Positions 43,659-53,233 of a DNA stretch of 64,000 nt are shown here, piece after piece. The stretch covers positions 12,949 through 76,948 of the forward strand of contig JAPOVI010000309.1 of NCBI GenBank assembly GCA_026708265.1. The letters are read 5' to 3'. How positions within the stretch are numbered: the stretch's first letter is position 1; each line of letters starts with the position of its first letter. The notes under the pieces were generated by a model. The model worked only from the letters and a program-made list of their open reading frames with translations. It did not search any database and was not told the DNA's origin. The DNA is from Acidobacteriota bacterium. GTDB taxonomy: Bacteria > Acidobacteriota > Vicinamibacteria > Vicinamibacterales > UBA8438. The translations under genes were made by a program, and so were the position numbers.

Positions 43659-45008
43659 TCAGGGCGCGTCTTCGACCGGCTCGATGCGCAGGACCGCCCC
43701 CGCGACCTCGTCGGTCGTGAGATACAGCAGCCCGTCCGGCCCCTCGCGCACGTCGCGGAGGCGCTGCTCGAGCTCGGCCAGCAGGGTGCGGTTGCCGCGG
43801 CGCTGCGTTCCTCCGGTCTGGCCGAGGACGATGCGGTGGAGCTGGCGGGAGCCCAGGTTGCCGCTGCCCATCGCGGCGATGAAGATGTTGCCCTTCCAGG
43901 TCGGGAAGGCGTCGCCGGTGTAGAAGGTCAGCCCGGCGAGGGCGGGCGAGGGGTTCCAGAACATGAAGGGCTCCTCCATGCCGGGAGCCCATGGGTGCTC
44001 CGAGGTGGTGCCCGACAGGCCGCCGATCTTGTTGCCGGTGTAGTCGGTGCCGTAGGAGACGACCGGCCAGCCGTAGTTGCGGCCGGCCTCGATGACGTTG
44101 AGCTCGTCGCCTCCCATCGGCCCGTTCTCCGTCTCCCAGATCGCTCCGGTGTCGGGATGCACGTAGAGGCCGAGGGCGTTGCGGATGCCGAAGGCGTAGA
44201 TCTCGGGGCGGTGGCCGTCCTGGTCGACGAAGGGGTTGTCGAACGGCACGGAGCCGTCGTCGTTGAGGCGCAGCACCTTGCCCGCGTGGTTGGCGGGGTT
44301 CTGGGCGTCGTCGGCGTTGCCGATGCGGTGCCGCGTGGGCATGCCGACCGTCATGACGATCCGGCCGTCGCGCCCGAAGGCGAGGCGCGATCCGGACGTG
44401 CCCTGCGCCCAGGCGTCGGCGACGAAGATGTCCTCGACGTCGGCGAGCGCGCTGCCCCCGTCGAACCGCGCCCGGGCCAGCGTGACCGTCGCCGCGTCGC
44501 GCATCCCCTGGAAATCCTCGAAGGGTCCGCCCGGCATCGGCTTGGAGTAGGTGAAGTAGATCAGCCGGTTCTCGGCGAACTGCGGATGCAGCGCGATGTC
44601 CATCAACCCGGCGTTGATTGCCCCGGTGTTGACCTCGGGCACCCCGGCGATCGGCTCCGGGTCGAGCACGCCGTCGCGGATGATGCGCAGGCGCCCCCCG
44701 CGCTCCGTGACCAGGATGTCGCCGTTGGGCAGGATGGCGAGCGCCCAGGGGCGGGTAAGCCCCGCGATCGGGACGACGCGGAAGCTCTGGCCATCCGATT
44801 CGAGAACCCGCGGGCGGTCCGGCAACCCCCTCGGCGGGGGCGACGCGAACGGGTCAGCCTCCTGCGCCTGGACGCCCGTCGCCTCCGCCGCTCGGTGGGC
44901 TGCCTCCGTGGCCGGAGACGTACCCTGCGCCACGGCGTGAGACGGGACGGAGACACCGGTCGCGACGAGCGCGATCATGAGAACCAGAACTACGTCGCGG
45001 CGCTCCAT
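43659..45008 (-). CDS. PQQ-dependent sugar dehydrogenase (sorbosone/soluble aldose dehydrogenase family), exported
   Basis: ATG 45008 after GGAGGAG. RLRIIRDGVLDPEPIAGVP, MDIALHPQFAENRLIYFTYS, GRIVMTVG and DELNVIEAGRNYGWP. Confidence 0.85.
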   Translation of the reverse strand: MERRDVVLVLMIALVATGVSVPSHAVAQGTSPATEAAHRAAEATGVQAQEADPFASPPPRGLPDRPRVLESDGQSFRVVPIAGLTRPWALAILPNGDILVTERGGRLRIIRDGVLDPEPIAGVPEVNTGAINAGLMDIALHPQFAENRLIYFTYSKPMPGGPFEDFQGMRDAATVTLARARFDGGSALADVEDIFVADAWAQGTSGSRLAFGRDGRIVMTVGMPTRHRIGNADDAQNPANHAGKVLRLNDDGSVPFDNPFVDQDGHRPEIYAFGIRNALGLYVHPDTGAIWETENGPMGGDELNVIEAGRNYGWPVVSYGTDYTGNKIGGLSGTTSEHPWAPGMEEPFMFWNPSPALAGLTFYTGDAFPTWKGNIFIAAMGSGNLGSRQLHRIVLGQTGGTQRRGNRTLLAELEQRLRDVREGPDGLLYLTTDEVAGAVLRIEPVEDAP

Positions 45009-45150
45009 CAGGCACTCCTCCGTCCCTGCCGGGCTCGATGCGCGCGGCCGCACCGGCAGGCAATCCCGGGACGCGCGACAGGGGACCGCGCCCGCGCGCC
45101 CTCGCAGGCGCGCCGCAAGTCCCCGGCGCGGTACTCTGCGGCGCAGACTT

Positions 45151-46785
45151 CTAGTTGTCGTTCGCGGCGGCGGGCACGTCGCGCAGCCGCTCCTGCACGG
45201 TCCCGGGGATGCCCAGTCGGGTGTTGGCGCCCAACTCGGCGATGAGCGCCGCGGTTTCCGGCCAGCTCTGGAACTGGAACGACTGCTTGGAACCCTCGGC
45301 CATGCGGTAGGCGGTGCGGCCCCGGAAGTCGCGCGCGTCGATGTCGGCGCCCTGCTCGACGAGGTAGGTGATCACCTCGTTCAGCCCGCGGAACGCGGCG
45401 CCGTGGAGCGCCGTGAAGTCCGCCTCGTTGACGGCGTTGATGTCGGCCCCGGCGTCGAGCAGGATGCGGACCGCCGTCTCCGCCCCGAGCGACCGCACCC
45501 CGCGCGGCTCGCGCGGCGTGTAGGTGGAGCGGCCGAGCCCCGCCGCAACCATGAGCGGCGTCGTGCCGTCGACGGTGGTCTGGTGCAGGTCGGCCCCCGC
45601 GGCGAGGAGCGCCTGCAGGATCGCGGCGCTGGCCTCGCTCTCGGCGACCGCCATCGCCCCGCCGCCATCGCCCCGGCCGGCGCGGATGTCGCGGACCCGC
45701 GAGTTCGCCCAGTACGCGGCGACCCAGAGGGGCGTCGCCCCGCGGAGGTCGCCGGTGCCGCAGGCGAACGGCTCGAAGGCGCCCTTCCGCGGATAGCCGA
45801 TGTAGCTCATGAACATCCCGGACGCGGTGGTCCCGGCGTTGGGGTCCGCGCCGCGCGCGAGCAGCGCCTCGACCAGCGCGAGGGCGCGGGTCGGCTCGAT
45901 GGCCCGCCGCCCGATCGTGCGGTAGCGGTCGCTGCCGCCGTGCCGCCGGTTCCAGTCCCCCAGCCAGGTGTCGACGCGGCCGACGGTCGCGTGCAGTGCG
46001 CGGATGCCGCCCATCGACGCATTCGGGTCTGCGCCCTCCTCGATGAGGAAATGGGCGAAGGCGTCATGGCCCAGGATGATCGCGTAGGGCAGGGCGTGCG
46101 TGCCGTCCGCGCCGGTGTGATCGACGTCGACCCCCGCCGCCAGCAGGGTGCGGGCCATGGGGATGTCGCCGTTCCGCGCCGCGAAGAGGAGCGGCGTGAA
46201 GCCCTTGACCGTCGAGGCCCGGGGATCGGCGCCGGCGTCGATCAGCGCCCGCACGACGCCGGCGTGCCGCTCGGCGACGGCCCACATCAGCGCCGTGCTC
46301 CCGGTCTCCGACGTGGCATCGTTGACGCGCGCTCCGCCCGCGAGCAGGCGGCGCACCACCTGCACGTTGCCGGTGCGCGCGGCGGTCATCACCGGTGTCA
46401 GCCCGCTCGTCTGGCTGGCGTTTGCGTCCGCGCCTGCCGCGAGGAGCGCGTCGGTCATCGTCGGGCTGGCGTTCTCGGCGGCCCGGTGCAGCGGCGTCAC
46501 GCCGTGATCGTCGGCCGCGTTCACGTCGGCTCCGGCCCGGAGCAGCAGGCCGACAGTCTCGAGATCGTCCCAGTGCGCCGCCCAGAGGAGCGCCGTCGCC
46601 CCATCCGCGCGACGCGCATGGACATCGGCACCCTCGTCGAGCAACGCCCGCACCGCCTTCGCGTCCTGCGCTGCAGCGGCGCCGACCAACCGCAGATCCT
46701 GGGCGCCCGCCGTCGAGGCGCCCACCGTCAGCGCGAGCGGAAGCACCCACCACCGGACGACGAGACGTGTGATCCTTCTACGCAT
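45151..46785 (-). CDS. secreted ankyrin-repeat protein (paralog 2 of 3)
   Basis: Signal peptide MRRRITRLVVRWWVLPLALTVGASTAGAQ, followed by repeated DGATALLWAA...LLRAGADVNA modules. Same overall layout as 31960..33564. Confidence 0.85.
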   Translation of the reverse strand: MRRRITRLVVRWWVLPLALTVGASTAGAQDLRLVGAAAAQDAKAVRALLDEGADVHARRADGATALLWAAHWDDLETVGLLLRAGADVNAADDHGVTPLHRAAENASPTMTDALLAAGADANASQTSGLTPVMTAARTGNVQVVRRLLAGGARVNDATSETGSTALMWAVAERHAGVVRALIDAGADPRASTVKGFTPLLFAARNGDIPMARTLLAAGVDVDHTGADGTHALPYAIILGHDAFAHFLIEEGADPNASMGGIRALHATVGRVDTWLGDWNRRHGGSDRYRTIGRRAIEPTRALALVEALLARGADPNAGTTASGMFMSYIGYPRKGAFEPFACGTGDLRGATPLWVAAYWANSRVRDIRAGRGDGGGAMAVAESEASAAILQALLAAGADLHQTTVDGTTPLMVAAGLGRSTYTPREPRGVRSLGAETAVRILLDAGADINAVNEADFTALHGAAFRGLNEVITYLVEQGADIDARDFRGRTAYRMAEGSKQSFQFQSWPETAALIAELGANTRLGIPGTVQERLRDVPAAANDN

Positions 46786-46857
46786 CGCCCTCTCCTCTGG
46801 CTTGCGGCGTCCGGTTCCCGCGACCCGCCGAGCGGGTCACGGGACCGCTACGAGTCC

Positions 46858-47808
46858 TCAACGGGTCACGGTGACCGTGAGATTCTCGGTGGTACGCAAG
46901 GCTCCGTCGCCGGCGATGGCGCGCAGCACGTACGTCCCCGGCTCGTCGAACGTCGCCTCCACGTCCCAGCGGCCGTCCGGAGGCACCGGCGGAAGGATGT
47001 AGGGCGGCGACCACGGCGAGTTGGAGTACACGCGCGTGTCCTGCCACATCTTGAGTTGCGTCGGGCCGAACGTGACCTGCGACGCGTCGCCCCGGTAGAC
47101 GATCCAGGCGAAGCGCACGCCCGGCGGGTTGCCGGGGACGATCTGCCGGGGCGGCGTGTAGGCCGGGTGCGGCTTCCCCGGCTCCGGCTGCGGGGGCCTG
47201 TAGTTGCCCGCCGGCTCGCCGTCGTCGCTCACGAATGCGACGAGCCGCAGCGGCTGCCCAACGCGGATTCGGCGCGGCTGATCGACGGCCAGACTGAGGG
47301 ACGGGAACTCGTTCGTGCGCCACTCGTCCCGGATGCGCCCGAAGTTCGAGCCCATCTCGGTGGCGATCGTCTGCCGGTCGAGCAGGTAGTCGGTGCGCAG
47401 GCTCCCGTAGGCGCGCTCCGTCACGCCGTTGGTGGTCAGGGTCCAGACGAGCTCCCGGTCGCCGAAGTCGGCCGGGACGTCGACCGTGAACAGGAACATG
47501 TTGCGCCGCGGATAGAAGTGCGTCGGCTGGCCGCGGTCCGGCCCGCCCGGCTCGATGCTGTTGTCCGGCCCGATCGGGACGTCGAGCTCCTGCACCCAGT
47601 TCGAGTTCATGTAGCCGAAGAACATCGTGTAGGTGCCGTCCTCGTTCTGCCACCACCCCTCGTAGGCGGGCGACACGCTCTGCCCCCGCGAGTAGGTGAA
47701 CCGGGTCTGGGCGCCGGCCGCGGCGGCCAATCCCACCACGACCGCCAGCACCAGCGCCGCCCGAAACCCCCGCGCCCGAAGCCCCGTCATCACCGACCGA
47801 TGAGCCAT
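46858..47808 (-). CDS. hypothetical secreted protein
   Basis: The 825-aa ORF is trimmed to ATG 47808. A signal-like LVLAVVVGLAAAAGAQ is followed by YEGWWQNEDGTYTMFFGYMNSNW.... The codon pattern is coding-like. No family recognised. Confidence 0.65.
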   Translation of the reverse strand: MAHRSVMTGLRARGFRAALVLAVVVGLAAAAGAQTRFTYSRGQSVSPAYEGWWQNEDGTYTMFFGYMNSNWVQELDVPIGPDNSIEPGGPDRGQPTHFYPRRNMFLFTVDVPADFGDRELVWTLTTNGVTERAYGSLRTDYLLDRQTIATEMGSNFGRIRDEWRTNEFPSLSLAVDQPRRIRVGQPLRLVAFVSDDGEPAGNYRPPQPEPGKPHPAYTPPRQIVPGNPPGVRFAWIVYRGDASQVTFGPTQLKMWQDTRVYSNSPWSPPYILPPVPPDGRWDVEATFDEPGTYVLRAIAGDGALRTTENLTVTVTR

Positions 47809-47846
47809 CACCGTCGCTGCACCCCTGACCTGCGTCCAGCCCGGCC

Positions 47847-49268
47847 CTACTGGCCGCCTTCGTTCGCCACCGTGTCCATCCGCGACGGGAACTCCACCAG
47901 GCAGAGCGGGCAGCCGATGACGTGGTCGTTCGGCGTCAGCCGCAGCCGCTCGCGGCGCTCGGCCATCTCCTGCTCGAACTGCGCGTCGGTCAGCTCGAGC
48001 GCCTCGCCGAGGTCGATGAACATGTTGGCCACCGAACGGCGGCCGCCGCCCGACCAGTTGCGCGGGTCGGCGACGTTGCGGTTGGCGTCGGTCGTGTCGA
48101 GCCAGCCGATGATGTGGAGGATCGTCCCCTTGGGCAGCAGCGGAGCGTGGTCGTCGTCGAAGATGTACTGCTTCACCCAGTTGTGGTCGTATCCGACGCA
48201 GGCGATCGTCTCGATGTTGTGGCCCCAGATCGACTCGAGGCACATGCGCATGCCGGGGGCGTGCTGGTGCGGCTCGAACGAGACGAGCCGGGTGTGCGTG
48301 TCGAGCACGCGGTAGGCGTGCAGCTCCTGGTTGGCCTGGTTCGGCTTGATGTCGATGTCGACGCCGTTCCCGAGCAGCGTGCGCGCGTGCGAGATCTCCG
48401 GCTTGTAGCCCTTCGGGTGCAGCTTGAACCCGAACTTCAGGTGCGCGCGCGTCTCGCGCCCGTTCGAGTGGAGGTGGGCGGTCTCGAGGTCGAGCGACGA
48501 CCCGGCGCGCAGCAGCCGGCCGGCGTTGTCCGGGAAGATGTCCGCGTTGCGGCCGACCTCGTGGACCGGGAACCGCGTCGACGACGACAGGTCGGAGCCG
48601 TCGGGCGCCACCGCGCCGTAGGTCATGTGGTGGAACACGTAGCGCCCGCCCACGGTGTCGCCCGTGCCGTCCGGCGGAATGTCGTTGAACTCCTTGACCT
48701 CGACCGCCGCCACGTAGCGATCCTCCTCGAGCCCGATCGGGATCGTGCCGAGCGAGGTCCACTTGTCCGGCGCGGCGGCCGGCACGACGACCGAAGGCGA
48801 CTCGACGATCAGGTCCGGCTCGCCGATCTCCCACTCGTTCTCGGCCCGGAACTCGAGCGGCGGCGGCAGGTCGGCGGGGTTGCCGAGCGGTGCGCCGGCG
48901 TCGGCCCAGGCTGCGATCTTCCCGATCTCCTCCTCGCTCAGCGAGATGTCGTTCTTGTACTGCTGGATGCCCAGATCGCGCTCGATGAACCAGGGGGGCA
49001 TGGCGCCGCGCTTGTTGCGGAGGCCCGTGCGCATCTTCATGGCGCGCGCCCAGGGGCGCGCCTCCTCGTAGGTGAGGAGCGACATCGGGGCCACGGACGC
49101 CGGCCGGTGACAGTTCTGGCAGCTCCGCTGGAGGATGGGCGCGATGTCCTTCGCGAACGTCACCTCGGCGTCCGCGGCGGCAGCCGACTGGGCGCCGGCG
49201 GCCGCCGGCATCACGACAATGACGAGAGCGGCGGCGATTGCCAGCCGACCGAGATGCTTCGCGTTCAT
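47847..49268 (-). CDS. exported cytochrome c-type (CxxCH) domain fused to a copper type II monooxygenase-like domain
   Basis: A signal peptide is followed by FAKDIAPILQRSCQNCHRP...MPPW (planctomycete-type cytochrome c motif). Downstream His/Met ligand candidates are HH (213-214), HLH (265-267), HQH (334-336) and M416. Their spacing roughly matches the CuH/CuM sites of PHM/DBH enzymes. Confidence 0.6.
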   Translation of the reverse strand: MNAKHLGRLAIAAALVIVVMPAAAGAQSAAAADAEVTFAKDIAPILQRSCQNCHRPASVAPMSLLTYEEARPWARAMKMRTGLRNKRGAMPPWFIERDLGIQQYKNDISLSEEEIGKIAAWADAGAPLGNPADLPPPLEFRAENEWEIGEPDLIVESPSVVVPAAAPDKWTSLGTIPIGLEEDRYVAAVEVKEFNDIPPDGTGDTVGGRYVFHHMTYGAVAPDGSDLSSSTRFPVHEVGRNADIFPDNAGRLLRAGSSLDLETAHLHSNGRETRAHLKFGFKLHPKGYKPEISHARTLLGNGVDIDIKPNQANQELHAYRVLDTHTRLVSFEPHQHAPGMRMCLESIWGHNIETIACVGYDHNWVKQYIFDDDHAPLLPKGTILHIIGWLDTTDANRNVADPRNWSGGGRRSVANMFIDLGEALELTDAQFEQEMAERRERLRLTPNDHVIGCPLCLVEFPSRMDTVANEGGQ

Positions 49269-49342
49269 CTACCTGCCCTTTCCTGAAACGCCCGTACGGC
49301 GCCCTACAGTACTCCCCGCACGCTGCCGCCCGCAACCCGGCG

Positions 49343-50701
49343 TCAGACCCCCGTGAGGTGCTTCAGCTTGCCCGTGCTGTCGCCGATGCGCTCGACCGGC
49401 ACGCCGGCAAGGCCCAGCATCGACATGAAGAGGTTCGTCAGCGGGGTCCCCTCGGCGTAGCGCAGGTGCCGGCCGCTCCGGAGGCGCCCCGCGCCGCCGC
49501 CCGCCAGCAGGATCGGGAGGTTCTGGATGTTGTGCAGGTTGCTGTTGCTCATCCCGCTTCCGTAGAGCAGCATCACCTGGTCCAGGAGCGTCGCCTCGCC
49601 GTCCGGCGTCGCCTCCAGCCGCTCGAGGTAGTACGACAGCAGCTCGGTGTGATAGGTGCCCACGCGCGTCAGCTTCGCCAGGCTCTCCGGGTTGTTCTCG
49701 TGGTGCGACAGCGCGTGGTGCGGGTCGGGCACCCCGATCTGCGGATAGGTCTGGGCGGTGAGCTCCGGCGTCATGAGGAACGTGACGACGCGCGTCAGGT
49801 CGGCCTGGTAGGCCAGCACCTGCAGGTCGAACATCAGCTTCACGTAGTCCTCGAACGAGGCCGGGATGCTGGCGGACGGCCGGTCCACGACCGGCAGCTC
49901 GCGGTCGGCCTCGACCTCGATGCGCGCGATGCGGCGCTCGACGTCGCGCACCGCGGTCAGGTAGTCCGAGAGCTTCGCGCGGTCCGCCGCGCCGAGTCCC
50001 TTGCGGAGCCGGGCCACCTTGCGGGTCACGGCGTCGAGGATGCTCCGGTCCTGCCGGATCCGCTCGCGGCGCGCAGCCGGGTCGGTGCTCGAGCCGTCGC
50101 CGAACAGCCGCTCGAAGACCGCGCGCGGGTTGCTCTCCATCGGCAGCGGCGTCGTCGGCGTGCTCCAGCAGAGCGTGCTGATGTAGGCGCAACTGAAGCC
50201 CGCGTCGCAGGCGCCGCCGAACTCGGGGAGCCCGATGCCCACCTGGAGGGAGGCGAGCTGCGTCTCGCGGCCGAGCTCGGCCGCCGCGATCTGGTCGACG
50301 GAGCGGCCCGCCTCGAAGTCCGCCCCCTCGGTCGGCTTCGCGTGCACGCCGGTCAGGAAGGCGCCGGTGATGCGCCCGTGACCGCCCGCGGGGTCCCCCG
50401 GCATCTGCGCCGCCGGCGCATGATCGAGCCCCGTCAGCACCAGCAGCCGATCCCGGAAGGGCGCGAGCGGCTGCAGGATCGGCGAGGGCTCGAATCCCGC
50501 CCCCTCCGCCTCCGGCGTCCAGTTGCGCATCACGGCGCCGTGCGGAACGTAGACCACCCCCAGGCGGGGCGTCGGCCGGGCCGCGGTGCGGCCCATCGCG
50601 GTCAGTGCCGGCACCATGCCGTCGAGCAGCGGCAGCGCGACGGCCGTCCCGAGCCCGCGGAGCACGGTGCGCCGGGGCAGCGCCTTCCTGGTGATCATCA
50701 T
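49343..50701 (-). CDS. DUF1552 domain protein with Tat-type signal (copy 2)
   Basis: MMITRKALPRRTVLRGLGTAVALPLLDGM is near-identical in its N-terminus to copy 1. It has the same ATGA overlap with the upstream DUF1592 gene. Confidence 0.85.
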   Translation of the reverse strand: MMITRKALPRRTVLRGLGTAVALPLLDGMVPALTAMGRTAARPTPRLGVVYVPHGAVMRNWTPEAEGAGFEPSPILQPLAPFRDRLLVLTGLDHAPAAQMPGDPAGGHGRITGAFLTGVHAKPTEGADFEAGRSVDQIAAAELGRETQLASLQVGIGLPEFGGACDAGFSCAYISTLCWSTPTTPLPMESNPRAVFERLFGDGSSTDPAARRERIRQDRSILDAVTRKVARLRKGLGAADRAKLSDYLTAVRDVERRIARIEVEADRELPVVDRPSASIPASFEDYVKLMFDLQVLAYQADLTRVVTFLMTPELTAQTYPQIGVPDPHHALSHHENNPESLAKLTRVGTYHTELLSYYLERLEATPDGEATLLDQVMLLYGSGMSNSNLHNIQNLPILLAGGGAGRLRSGRHLRYAEGTPLTNLFMSMLGLAGVPVERIGDSTGKLKHLTGV

Positions 50702-53190
50702 GACTCCGCTCTCCTCATCTGAAACGGCAGGCTCCGGGCGACGCCGAGCACCAGCGACGACCAGCGGTGGCCGTCCGCCGCCGCGTCCCGCACGATGGCC
50801 CGGATGGCCGGTCGATCATAGTGCTCGATCCCGCGTCCGAGGGCGTAGGTCAGCAGCTTCTCCGCCACCGTGGTCACGAACTCGTCCTGCCGCCCGAGCA
50901 GCACATAGCGCAGGCCCGGCAGCCCGTCGAAGGTCGTGCCGTCCGGCAGCGCCCCCGAGGCATCGACGGGAACACCGCCTTCCGCGTCGCGCCACTTCCC
51001 GACGGCGTCGAAGTGCTCGAGCGCGAACCCGAGCGGGTCCATGCGCGCGTGGCAGGCCGAGCAGGCGGGGTTGGCGCGGTGGGCCTCGAGCCGCGCGCGC
51101 ATCGAGCGGGGCGCCTCACCCGCCTCGCGCTCCGGCAGGTCGGGCACGTCGGGCGGCGGAGGCGGGGGCGGCGTGCCGAGGATGTTCTCGAGCACCCACT
51201 TGCCGCGCACGACCGGCGACGTCCGGGTGGCCAGCGACGTCACGGTGAGGATGCTCCCGTGCCCCAGCAGCCCTCGCCGGGCGCCGTCGCCGAGCGCCAC
51301 GCGACGGAAGCGGGATCCGTACACGCCCGGAATCCCATAGTGCCGCGCGAGCCGCTCGTTCACGAAGGTGTAGTCGGCCGTCAGGAGGTTCACGACGCTG
51401 CGGTCCTCGCGGATCTGGCTCTCGACGAAGAGCTCGGTCTCGCGCACCAGCGCGTCGCGCAGGTTGTCGTCGAACCCCGGAAACGCCAGGACGTCCGGCG
51501 TCACCGTGCGCATGCGCCGCAGGTGGAGCCACTGCGCGGCAAAGCTGTCGACCAGCACGCGCGAGCGCTCGTCGGTCAGCATCCGCCGCACCTGCTGCTC
51601 GAGCACCGCGGGGTCGCGGAGGCGGCCCGCTTCCGCGAGATGGAGGAGCTCGTCGTCGGGAATGCTGCTCCAGAGGAAGAACGACAGGCGCGAGGCGAGC
51701 TCGACGTCGCTCAGGCGGTACGCGCTTCCCGGCGCCGCGCGCTCGGGGTCGCGCTCGATGCGGAAGAGGAACTCCGGGTCGACGAGCAGGCTCTCGATGG
51801 CGCGCTGGACCCCCCCTTCGAAGCCTCCCGCGCGACGCCCCTCCCGGTAGAAGAAGTCGAGCACCTCGAGGTCGCCGGCCGTCACCGGGCGGCGGAACGC
51901 CCGGCGCGCAAGGGTGGTCAGGATGGCGTTCGCGCAGGCCTCCTCGCCGGCAGGCCCCTCGGGGCGGCAGGTGAAGATGCGGTCGCGGCTGACGGCCGGG
52001 CCCGTGCCCGGTCCGCCAGAACCCGGCCGGGGCCGGTAGGGGCCCTCGATCTCGACGCTGTCGAGCGCCATAGGCTCTACGTAACCGCGGCCGGCGCTGA
52101 ACGTCCAGAGCGGCAGCCGCTCGGGCGCCACTCCTTCCGTCACCCCGGTGCGCTTCAGGAACGACACGCTGACGACGCGGGTGCCGGCGCGGACCGGCAC
52201 GCGCACCGCGAGGGAATCGTCGCCGGTCGGCATCCCCCGCGTCGCACCGCCGCGCATACCCTGACCGGCCCGCAGCAGGGCGGCCCGGACGCCGTCGATG
52301 CGGACGTCGATCTCCTGCGGCTCCCGCCGCCCGCCGTTGCCCTGGAGCGTCACGCCGACGACGTACTCGCCGTCGAGCGGGAAGTGATGCGTGACCGACG
52401 CACCGCCCCGCGATCCGAAGGGCATCTCCTCGCTCATCCGGTCGCGCTGCACGAGCAGCGACGAGACGGGATAGCGGACGACGTCGGCGTCGATGGCGGA
52501 ATCACCGACGGCCAGGCGGCCGATCCTGCGGGCCGCCGACATGTAGCGTTCCAGCATGCCGGGCGCGATCGTGAGGATGTCCGCGTTGTTGTCGAAGCCG
52601 TAGGCGAGGTCGTCGGCCGGCAGCATCGCGTCGACGTCGACCGTCAGGCCCAGCAGATCGCGGACCGCGTTCGCATACTCCAGGCGGTTGAGCCGGTGGA
52701 TGGTGGGCCGGCCGGGGTCGGGGCGGGCCGCCGCGGCACCGTCGAGCTCGTCTTCCAGCCAGCCGGCGAACCGGTCGTACGTCTCGTCCGCCGGCCGGGG
52801 GCGCCGCGGGGGCGGCATCGCCCGCGTCCGCAGCTTCTCGAGGACCTTCTCCCATACCTCCGCCGCGTCGCCGACGTGCGCGATGTCCGCTGTGTCGAGG
52901 GCCAGGTTGGCGGTGAGCGTCCGCTCGTTGTGGCAGGCGACGCAGTAGCGATCGAGGACGGCCCGGTACGTGTCGTGCTCGTCGGGGGCGGTTGGCGCCG
53001 CCACCGGTGCGGCGGCCGGGTCGCCCGCCGCGGCCGGCTGGGCAGCCGCCGAAGAGACCGCGCCCGCTCCCAGCACGGCCGCGACCCCCAGCCCGAGCGC
53101 GAGGCGCGAAACCGCGGCGACCTCCAAGCGGAGCGTGTGTTCCGCCCCAGCCCGGGCCGGCCTGTCCGTTCCTGCGATGCGCGTTGCCAT
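50698..53190 (-). CDS. DUF1592-type multidomain protein with N-terminal CxxCH (copy 2)
   Basis: ORF trimmed to ATG 53190. Carries DRYCVACHN, KLRTRAMPP, IHRLNRLEYANAVRDLL, SFFLWSSIPDDELL, ACSACHARMDPLGFALEHF and KLLTYALGR. Collinear with copy 1. Confidence 0.85.
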   Translation of the reverse strand: MATRIAGTDRPARAGAEHTLRLEVAAVSRLALGLGVAAVLGAGAVSSAAAQPAAAGDPAAAPVAAPTAPDEHDTYRAVLDRYCVACHNERTLTANLALDTADIAHVGDAAEVWEKVLEKLRTRAMPPPRRPRPADETYDRFAGWLEDELDGAAAARPDPGRPTIHRLNRLEYANAVRDLLGLTVDVDAMLPADDLAYGFDNNADILTIAPGMLERYMSAARRIGRLAVGDSAIDADVVRYPVSSLLVQRDRMSEEMPFGSRGGASVTHHFPLDGEYVVGVTLQGNGGRREPQEIDVRIDGVRAALLRAGQGMRGGATRGMPTGDDSLAVRVPVRAGTRVVSVSFLKRTGVTEGVAPERLPLWTFSAGRGYVEPMALDSVEIEGPYRPRPGSGGPGTGPAVSRDRIFTCRPEGPAGEEACANAILTTLARRAFRRPVTAGDLEVLDFFYREGRRAGGFEGGVQRAIESLLVDPEFLFRIERDPERAAPGSAYRLSDVELASRLSFFLWSSIPDDELLHLAEAGRLRDPAVLEQQVRRMLTDERSRVLVDSFAAQWLHLRRMRTVTPDVLAFPGFDDNLRDALVRETELFVESQIREDRSVVNLLTADYTFVNERLARHYGIPGVYGSRFRRVALGDGARRGLLGHGSILTVTSLATRTSPVVRGKWVLENILGTPPPPPPPDVPDLPEREAGEAPRSMRARLEAHRANPACSACHARMDPLGFALEHFDAVGKWRDAEGGVPVDASGALPDGTTFDGLPGLRYVLLGRQDEFVTTVAEKLLTYALGRGIEHYDRPAIRAIVRDAAADGHRWSSLVLGVARSLPFQMRRAES

Positions 53191-53233
53191 CGTCAGACTC
53201 CGGCCTCCAGCGCGCTCCGACGCGCGCAGGCCA

